In this document: positions 57,720 through 64,000 of the stretch, piece by piece | Position numbering within the stretch: the stretch's first letter is position 1 | Layout of the letters: every line of letters begins with the position of its first letter | Assembly (NCBI GenBank): GCA_017935485.1 | Contig: JAGBHO010000047.1 | Coordinates: 99,578-163,577 of the forward strand | Length of the DNA stretch: 64,000 nucleotides | Direction: 5' to 3' | Origin: Alphaproteobacteria bacterium | GTDB lineage: Bacteria > Pseudomonadota > Alphaproteobacteria > RF32 > CAG-239 | Made by a program: the position numbers and the translations under genes | Notes under the pieces: model-generated | Database searches by the model: none | Told to the model about the DNA's origin: nothing | The model's input: only the letters and a program-made list of their open reading frames with translations

Positions 57720-58385
57720 TTGTTTTTTATTGCTTGTTTTATTTATTCGTTATATCTTATTTTATCTTTATTCAGAAAGGGCAGAATTTTGCAGGGGTAT
57801 AATTTAAGCCGCAACAAGAGTTTACGGCTTCCGAAGATTATAGAGAACGAAGCCGGTGTTCTTAATTCCACGGATGATTTGTTTGCAACACGCCAGGCAT
57901 CGGCTCTGGCAGCAGACAAGAAATTTCCGAAAAAGGCCGTTGACGGAGAAGAAAACGACTATGACGCCGAGTTGGAGAGAGTTTTGAAACTGCCTGAAAA
58001 CGCAAGCGAGCTGGTTGTGATTACCAAGGCGAAAAAACTCGGCGCTTATACGATTGCGATAACGGCTAAGTCGCCGGCAAAATTCCGCGGCGTATTTGTC
58101 AGCCGAATGCAGAATTTTTGTCTTGACGCCGTGCAAAATATGCTGAATGCCAATTTTATCCGCGCGGAAGACGAGAAAAGCAAAAAACAACGGGAAAAGT
58201 TTCAGGCAGATGCAATTATCTGTTTGAAAATGCTGGCATATATTGCCATGGTGGCAGAAAATGCCGGATGCATTCTGAAAAGGCAATACAAACAGATTGC
58301 ATTGCAGGCCGGTGAAACAATAAATCTGGCTTTGGCCTGGAAAAAGAGCGATGATGAAAAATGGAGGAATAAGAAAGAGATTTAA
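57720..58385 (+). CDS. avd: DGR accessory variability determinant (Avd-like four-helix-bundle protein), start uncertain
   Basis: The C-terminal about 125 aa (VITKAKKLGAYTIAITAKSPAKFRGVFVSRMQNFCLDAVQNMLNANFIR...KQREKFQADAIICLKMLAYIAMVAENAGCILKRQYKQIALQAGETINLALAWKKSD) fit the remembered Avd pattern (KFPKKYRFTL...LD...AN...Q..A...L..L..L...A.....IS.KQY......E..KLL.GW.KSD). The ORF has no in-frame ATG. Candidate starts are TTG 57972 and GTG 58017. Confidence 0.7.
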   Translation: MFFIACFIYSLYLILSLFRKGRILQGYNLSRNKSLRLPKIIENEAGVLNSTDDLFATRQASALAADKKFPKKAVDGEENDYDAELERVLKLPENASELVVITKAKKLGAYTIAITAKSPAKFRGVFVSRMQNFCLDAVQNMLNANFIRAEDEKSKKQREKFQADAIICLKMLAYIAMVAENAGCILKRQYKQIALQAGETINLALAWKKSDDEKWRNKKEI

Positions 58386-58426
58386 AACCGAAAGGTTTTG
58401 AATGAGGGAAGACTTGTAAATGCCTT

Positions 58427-58538
58427 ATTTGGTCGGCGTCCGCTAATAATAACGGGAATGTTCGCACCGTGAATAATGACGGAAACAAGAACTATAATAA
58501 CCCCAATAAACGAAAGGACGCCGTTCGGCCCGATTTGC
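58427..58538 (+). repeat. DGR template repeat (TR), non-coding
   Basis: 112-nt A-rich repeat homologous to 60068-60181. In the target's reading frame it is dominated by AAY codons (IWSASANNNGNVRTVNNDGNKNYNNPNKRKDAVRPDL). Confidence 0.88.
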
Positions 58539-58797
58539 TTTTGAAGGGAAACACAAAAATTGCGTCAGGCAAAGCCGCAAGTTTCCGGAAAACAAGCCTG
58601 TTTACGGTTTTTATGCAAGAACCGTCCGTGCTGAAAGCAAAGGAAGTTTTCTCTTTTCCGACCGCTGCGGGGGAATATACCATGCGGAGGAAGAATTAAA
58701 AACAGCAAATGTTTTATGAAATACCACATATGTTGACGCAGTTTTGCTTTAATATATTACCGGGTATTTCTTTTTTTGTCCGGAGATAAGACAACGC

Positions 58798-59865
58798 ATG
58801 AATCTAAACAAGATATTTTCATTTGAAAATCTGCTGGAAGCCCACAAACTGTGCCGAAGAAGCAAGCAGCACAAACGCGGCGCCATTATGTTTGAGATTG
58901 AACTCGGCCGCAACATTGTCAAACTGACAGAAGAGCTGGCAAATAAAAAATACAAACTGGGAAAATACAGAAAGTTTACCATTTTTGATCCCAAGAAACG
59001 TCTGATTGAAGCCCTGCCCTACAAAGACAGGGTCGTTCTGATGTGTTTTTGCCGGTATGCGCTTGAGCCGCGGCTGGACTGCCGGCTGATTTTTGACAAT
59101 GCCGCGTCAAGAAAAGGCAAAGGTCCGGAATTTGCCATTGAACGCCTTTGCTGCTTTATCCGCAAACTTTATTGTCAGAAGCCTAATGAAGATATCTATT
59201 TTTTGAAATGCGACATAGCGAAATACTTTCAAAACATCAATCATACGATATTGTTGGAAAAACTGCGGCGATGCGGCTTTTCTGACGACGAGATGTGGTT
59301 TATGGAACAAGTTGTCCGCTCGCATGGCGAATCCGGCGTACCGCTTGGAAATCAGACAAGCCAGTGGTTTGCCCTGCTCTATCTGGATGAGATTGACCGT
59401 CTGATAAAAGAACGGTTGCGTGCTCCGTTTTATATCCGTTACATGGATGATTTTGTTCTGTTAAGCGAAGACAAGGCCTTTTTGCAGCGTTGCCGGAATG
59501 AAATCGGCCAGACCTGCCGTGAGAGTCTGAAATTACAGCTGAACAACAAAACGCAAATCGGACGGCTGAAAGACGGACTGGATTTTCTTGGATATAATTT
59601 TAAGCTTACGGCTACCGGAAAGATTCTTAAAAGCCTGCGCGCCTCGGCCCGCCGCCGGCAACGGCATTATATTAAGATGATTGCCCATTATTATTTGCAG
59701 GACGTGCTTGACGATGAGTATCTTAATGTCCGTTTTAATGCGTTTAAAGCACATATGAAAGGGACTTCGGACTGGAAATTTGTACGTGACCGGTTAAACA
59801 ACCTGAAAAAGAAGAAGCGGCTTATGAAAAAAGCCGAAGATAAAAAATTCTTGCCCGTTTGCTGA
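58798..59865 (+). CDS. DGR-type reverse transcriptase
   Basis: 355 aa. RT motifs include the DGR-typical LGNQTSQWFALLYL (I/LGxxxSQ) and the catalytic YIRYMDDFVL. GGAGA lies upstream of the ATG. Positioned between TR and VR. Confidence 0.9.
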   Translation: MNLNKIFSFENLLEAHKLCRRSKQHKRGAIMFEIELGRNIVKLTEELANKKYKLGKYRKFTIFDPKKRLIEALPYKDRVVLMCFCRYALEPRLDCRLIFDNAASRKGKGPEFAIERLCCFIRKLYCQKPNEDIYFLKCDIAKYFQNINHTILLEKLRRCGFSDDEMWFMEQVVRSHGESGVPLGNQTSQWFALLYLDEIDRLIKERLRAPFYIRYMDDFVLLSEDKAFLQRCRNEIGQTCRESLKLQLNNKTQIGRLKDGLDFLGYNFKLTATGKILKSLRASARRRQRHYIKMIAHYYLQDVLDDEYLNVRFNAFKAHMKGTSDWKFVRDRLNNLKKKKRLMKKAEDKKFLPVC

Positions 59866-59905
59866 AAGTGTAGTATTATTAGTGGTAACTAATGGAGGAA
59901 CTCTA

Positions 59906-61881
59906 ATGAATACAACATTATTGACAGAAGATCAAATCTGGGGAAATCAGGCTCTGGATGTTATGAAGAAGTATGGAACCAGAACGGCATTGACCGATTT
60001 GGCCATTGTATTGGGAGGTTTAATGGGACGTTCTACCACAACCTCTGAGGGTGAACGTTCCGGTTACATTTGGTCGGCGTCCGCTAAGTATTTGCGGGAG
60101 TGTTCGCACCGTGGGTCTTGACGGCTACAAGGGGCTGTCTTTACCCCTATGAACGCTGGGACGCCGTTCGGCCCGCTTTGCCTCCATCCGAAACATCTAA
60201 AATCCGTCCGAACGCAGTGAGGACGCTGAGATTGCCCGAAGGGCAATCGCTCGAAATTTGCGAATTCGGGGCCTATCCCCAAGATATTGTTTCGAAAAAA
60301 ATTTCGAAAAATCTGGAAAATTCTTACCAAAAAAGAAGTCTTAAAACAACCGGAAATTCCTATACTTTCGACAATGCCGGCCTGACCGATTACTCTGCTC
60401 CTTTTCAACCTAAAACATATCAGGAATACGAGGATTCGTCTTCCGGAAAAAGATATGTCCGCGTTGAAGGCAAGCCCGCCGATGAGGATTCGATTCTTTC
60501 CGACGGGACGCTTGTTCAGAACGGAGAGGCTTATTGGCTGGAGGTCAAGCCGATTGAATGGCTGAAAGATCCGAGCGGCGTCTGGGTGGCGAAAAAAGCC
60601 CTTTTCTCCGGTATACAATTTGATTCTAACAGCAACTATGACGGCAATTTCTCTCAAACTGACATGAAGCAGTATCTGGACCGCTATTTCTCAAAGGAAA
60701 TGCAGGCATCCCGCGATTATTCCGCAAGCCGCAGCCGCAATGCCGACGTTTCCGAAGAAAAAAGCTTTATGCCCAAACCACCCTCGGCCAGGCAGAAGAA
60801 ATACGGTATTCAGGTTGTGGACGAACCGATGACGGTTAAAGACCAGATTGACTTTTATGTGCAGAACGGCATGTCTTTTATGCTGCACGGGCCTTCCGGC
60901 GTCGGAAAGACCGCAAGGGTGGAAGCCATTGATCCTGATCTGACTGCCGTACCTTTATGGAACGGCGTTCTGCCTGAAGACGTGGTCGGAAAGGTTCGCT
61001 ATCCGGACGGGAAAACCGGTCTGCCAGACGAGAACAAGTCCGGCGGGGAATGGATCGCACCGGATTGGTATGTGGAATTGTGCAAAAAATGCGAAGCCGA
61101 ACCTGACAAGAACCATGTTTTGTTTATTGACGAGGTGACTAACGCCCGCCCGACAACGCAAAGTTTGATTTTTCATATTACGTTGAAAAAATCCATCAGT
61201 CCCAGTAAAGGCAAGCTGCCTTCCAATGCCGTGGTCGTATTGGCAGGAAACAGCAAAGAAGAATCCGGTGCGGCGTATAATATGCCGGAACCGTTATTCC
61301 GCCGGATGTGCGGGCATATTTATCTGGAAGCAAATGTGCCGGAATGGCTGGAATGGGCCAGCGAAAAGAGTCGGAAGCACCCCGAAGATCCGGAACGTCT
61401 GAACATTCACCCGCTGGTGTCTTCTTTTGTCGGAACTTACGGGCATCAGGTTTTCTATTCTTCTTATGATGAGGAAAACCCGCAGCAATGGGCAATGGAT
61501 CCGCGCGGATGGGAACAGGTTTCGGACATTATTTATGACAACAAAGGCATTATCCGGCGCGAATTGCTGGAAAGCAAAATGGGTAAGGAACTGGCAGCCA
61601 ATCTGCTGGCTTATGCAAAAAATCCGCCGCTTTCACTGGAAGAAGTAATTAACGGCGAATACTCGGAACGTGACATTCCGTCCGGAAACGATGCCCGTTT
61701 GGCATTGACGCTCAGCCTTCGCCATGTGGACGACCGGCAGGTCGGAAAAGTCAGGGATTTTATTCGGGAAAATCTCGGGCGGGAAAACGAGGCCGTCTTT
61801 GATTCTTTCTGGATTGGCAAAGATGACGAGAGAGCTTTGCTGATTGCCCGTCAGAAACAATTTAGAAACGCAGGGAGGTAA
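59906..61881 (+). CDS. DGR target: N-terminal variable module fused to a MoxR-like AAA+ ATPase; split as assembled into ORFs 59906..60121 and 60100..61881 by two 1-nt insertions in the VR
   Basis: ATG 59906 follows GGAGG. The N-terminus has TDLAIVLGG...GYIWSASA, then the VR, then DAVRPALPP, then FGAYPQ...KPIEWLKD. The ATPase has Walker A GPSGVGKT (60889-60912), Walker B VLFIDEV and VVVLAGN. Removing one G near 60088 and one from the run 60131-60134 restores a single frame colinear with the TR. Confidence 0.75.
60068..60181 (+). repeat. DGR variable repeat (VR)
   Basis: 114 nt aligned by hand to the TR. About 22 substitutions, all at TR adenines. The GC-rich 3' end GACGCCGTTCGGCCCG is identical. 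Two extra G residues relative to the TR. Confidence 0.88.
60230..60248 (+). other. perfect hairpin about 50 nt downstream of the VR, a candidate DGR target-recognition structure
   Basis: GATTGCCC-GAA-GGGCAATC, an 8-bp stem with a 3-nt loop, inside the target coding sequence. Confidence 0.35.
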
Positions 61882-61883
61882 GT

Positions 61884-62264
61884 ATGAACAATAAAAAAAT
61901 GCTGTTTGAGCAGGTATTGGACAACAATCCCCGGCATCCGGTTATTTTGGCCGGAAATACGGAGCTTTCCCTGCCCTCCTGCGTATTTATGCCGGCGGAT
62001 ATTGCCGAGCGGGAATTGTTTATTCCGTCTGACTGGAGCAAGGCGCTTGACTTTGAGGCACAAAGGGGAAAAGCTTATCTTTTGATTGAAGGGTTGGACA
62101 AGTTGGCTCCGGCACAGCAAAGAAAATTTTGTATGCTTTTGAAAAACCGGAGGGCCGGAAATTACAAGCTGCCCGACAATGTCAGCATTGTTATTCCGGT
62201 TGCCGACAAATCAGGCTTGTCTGCAGAGATACTATCTCTTTCATTGTTATGGGACGTTGAATAA
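61884..62264 (+). CDS. small protein resembling a P-loop-less AAA core remnant
   Basis: 126 aa. ATG follows GGGAGG, 2 nt after the target stop. AYLLIEGLDKLAPAQQRKFCMLLKNRR...LPDNVSIVIPV parallels HVLFIDEVTNARPTTQSLIFHITLKK...LPSNAVVVLAGN of the upstream ATPase, but no Walker A is visible. Confidence 0.55.
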   Translation: MNNKKMLFEQVLDNNPRHPVILAGNTELSLPSCVFMPADIAERELFIPSDWSKALDFEAQRGKAYLLIEGLDKLAPAQQRKFCMLLKNRRAGNYKLPDNVSIVIPVADKSGLSAEILSLSLLWDVE

Positions 62265-63808
62265 TGCATGCGGACAATAATGACATTGATTATATCAGGG
62301 AGCGGGTTTTACGGAAATTTCCGCTGCTCGGCGTGACGATGTCCGCACTGAACACCGTTGCCGATGACAACATCGGCACAGCAGCAACGGACGGGCGCAC
62401 CGTTTATTATTCTCCAAAGTTTTTCGCACCGCTTTCCGATGATGAAAAAACTTTTATTTACGCGCATGAGGTTATGCATGTGGCTTTTAACCACATTCTA
62501 CGCAGCAAGGACAAAAAACAGCGTTTGTGGAATATAGCGACGGATGCCGTCATCAACCAGATTCTCAAAAACGAAGAATTGCCGATGATTGACGGCGGCG
62601 TAGATATGGCCGAGGCTTTCAATAAATCTGCTGAAGAAATGTATGAAAGGCTTCTCAAAGAACAGGAAGAAAAAGATAAAGATAAAAATCAACAACAGCA
62701 AAATGAAAGCCATTCCGCACAACAGCCTGAAGGCAACAAGCAGCAAAATGCGCCTCAGCCTCAGGATGATAATCAGCCGTCGCCAAACAGTCCTCAAAAA
62801 CAGGAAAATAATGACGGAGACGGAGAAGAAAGCGAACAGGCCGGGCATGACAATCATAATATTTGGAAAAAAGCCGTAGAAATGGCTGAAAAAGAAAAAC
62901 AGCAACAAGAAGAACAACAGAAAGGAAATTCTCCAACGCAGAAGCAGGAGAAATCCGGACAAAGTATTTTGGACAAGTTGAAAGACTTATTTAAAAAGCC
63001 GGAAAAGCCTGCTGACACAGATAAGTCAGAAAGCCAGACACCACAGACAGGAAGCTCTGACGGCGCTGACAGTCCGCGTTCCAAAGGCAATGAGAGTGTT
63101 TATGAAAAAAGGTTTGGCGAAGATAACCGTCAGGAACGTAAAAAACAAGCAGAACAAATCCGCAAGGCTTTACAGCAACATAAAAACGAAGTCCTTAAAG
63201 CGCAATCCGAAGAATATTCCTTTGGTAACGTCGGAGAGGCCAAGGCTGTCACAGACTGGAAAAAACTTTTAAAAAAGACAATCGAAAAAGAAGAAGACCG
63301 ATGGTCTTACCGTCGTTCCGGTGCCGACAACGATTATATGGCCCGTGTGGAAGAACTGGAAGAAGAGAATTTGTCGGAAACTGAAGTCATGCTGGATGTC
63401 AGCGGCTCGGTTGACGAAGGTATGCTTAAAGAATTTTTACGGCAGCTCAAGCCTATTTTAAAGACTTCAAAACTTAAGGTCGGATGTTTTGATCACCGGA
63501 TTTTTGGTTTTAAGGAGATTAAAAATAATCATGACATTGACAATTTCAGGGTTCCGGGCGGCGGAGGAACGAATATTGATCAGGCCGTACGGGCTTTTTC
63601 CAAGAAAAAAGACGTCAATAAGATTGTTTTTACGGACGGGTATTCCGATGATATGCCGCGGCAGGATCTGAAAAATACAAATGTCATCTGGCTTATTTAT
63701 GACAACAAGAATTTTACTCCGGTTTGCGGAAGAGTGATTTATATCGACCGTGCCAAACTCGGTCAGGATTATATGAGAAATGCCTATTTTGCCAGAGGCG
63801 GCAGATAA
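62264..63808 (+). CDS. zincin metallopeptidase-like domain plus VWA-like domain protein (DUF2201-type MoxR partner) with a long disordered insert
   Basis: TAATG overlap with the upstream ORF. N-terminus has TDGRTVYYSP...FIYAHEVMHVAFNHILR (HExxH at 62465-62479) and WNIATDAVIN. An insert of about 190 aa is rich in Q, E, K, N, P and S. C-terminal VWA has the MIDAS-like MLDVSGSVD (63395-63409) and GGGGTN. Confidence 0.75.
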   Translation: MHADNNDIDYIRERVLRKFPLLGVTMSALNTVADDNIGTAATDGRTVYYSPKFFAPLSDDEKTFIYAHEVMHVAFNHILRSKDKKQRLWNIATDAVINQILKNEELPMIDGGVDMAEAFNKSAEEMYERLLKEQEEKDKDKNQQQQNESHSAQQPEGNKQQNAPQPQDDNQPSPNSPQKQENNDGDGEESEQAGHDNHNIWKKAVEMAEKEKQQQEEQQKGNSPTQKQEKSGQSILDKLKDLFKKPEKPADTDKSESQTPQTGSSDGADSPRSKGNESVYEKRFGEDNRQERKKQAEQIRKALQQHKNEVLKAQSEEYSFGNVGEAKAVTDWKKLLKKTIEKEEDRWSYRRSGADNDYMARVEELEEENLSETEVMLDVSGSVDEGMLKEFLRQLKPILKTSKLKVGCFDHRIFGFKEIKNNHDIDNFRVPGGGGTNIDQAVRAFSKKKDVNKIVFTDGYSDDMPRQDLKNTNVIWLIYDNKNFTPVCGRVIYIDRAKLGQDYMRNAYFARGGR

Positions 63809-63854
63809 ATTTGTACCGACATGAATATTATCTGAAAAAAATTGAAAAAAATTC

Positions 63855-63883
63855 TTGTAAATAAAAAAGAAAAAATGTATATT
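63855..63883 (+). promoter_or_regulatory. sigma70-like promoter candidate upstream of tRNA-Arg
   Basis: TTGTAA, 17-nt spacer, TATATT. This is the same layout as the tRNA-Lys candidate. Confidence 0.3.
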
Positions 63884-63946
63884 CCCTTTTGTAATTATGG
63901 CAAGCGTATTTTTTTAATGTGTTTTTGCCCGTAAATTCTATCTTTT

Positions 63947-64000
63947 GCGCCCTTAGCTCAGCTGGATAGAGCAACAGCCTTCTAAGCTGTGGGTCAGACG
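63947..64000 (+). tRNA. tRNA-Arg (anticodon UCU), truncated by the window edge
   Basis: Acceptor GCGCCCT, D arm GCTC-AGCTGGATA-GAGC, anticodon arm ACAGC-CTTCTAA-GCTGT. The T arm and 3' end lie outside the window. Confidence 0.85.

Larger units (their letters stand above)
57720..61881 (+). mobile_element. diversity-generating retroelement cassette (avd, TR, RT, VR-bearing target gene)
   Basis: All four canonical DGR parts are present on one strand. See the component features and findings. Confidence 0.85.

Noticed and set aside
58469-58699. 76-aa ORF (MNNDGNKNYNNPNKRKDAVRPDL...) between avd and the RT gene
   Set aside because: It is simply the translation of the A-rich template repeat and the spacer. 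DGR TRs are non-coding RNA templates, and the Asn-rich reading mirrors the VR frame by design.
58798-59865. RT as a group II intron or retron reverse transcriptase
   Set aside because: No maturase/En domains or intron RNA structures are evident, and no retron msr/msd-like inverted repeats. The TR/VR pair with A-restricted differences and the I/LGxxxSQ motif point to a DGR.
57443-63946. Prophage or integrative element carrying the DGR
   Set aside because: There are no integrase, excisionase, capsid, tail or replication genes in the segment. Only the att-like tRNA-Pro repeat supports past mobility, so it is reported as a finding and not called as a prophage.

Overview
64-kb chromosomal window from a Gram-negative bacterium, called by hand from motifs and the ORF track with no database search. 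It is probably a moderately AT-rich alphaproteobacterium. This rests on three conserved gene neighbourhoods: dusB-trkA-hfq-hflX, rlpA-dac-tmk-holB-tatD-MBL, and ppiD/tpiA-secG-pyrG plus kdsA-recO-parC. About 85% of the window is ordinary housekeeping and envelope genes, mostly on the minus strand. These include an ABC/GldG/DUF4340 cluster, tandem mlaD genes with a DUF2155 gene, TrkH/TrkA, cell-wall enzymes, MFS, SulP and MATE transporters, and a 1330-aa membrane-anchored coiled-coil protein. There are four tRNAs: Lys-CUU, Ser-UGA, Pro-UGG and a truncated Arg-UCU. The standout is the right-hand end (57.4-63.9 kb), bracketed by tRNA-Pro and tRNA-Arg. It holds a complete diversity-generating retroelement (Avd-like gene, 112-nt A-rich template repeat, DGR-type reverse transcriptase). 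The matching variable repeat lies near the N-terminus of a cytoplasmic MoxR-like AAA+ ATPase. That gene is translationally coupled to a small AAA-like remnant and a zincin-metallopeptidase/VWA (DUF2201-like) protein, which is an unusual target architecture for a DGR. As assembled, the variable repeat carries two extra G residues that split the target gene into two ORFs. Other notable items are a family of short palindromic repeats next to tRNA-Lys with an exact inverted copy 46 kb away, a pagP gene frameshifted in a homopolymer, an unlisted conserved-looking 59-aa ORF, a secreted protein with about 36 cysteines, and eroded alphaproteobacterial synteny (no ntrBC/ntrYX, no metG).
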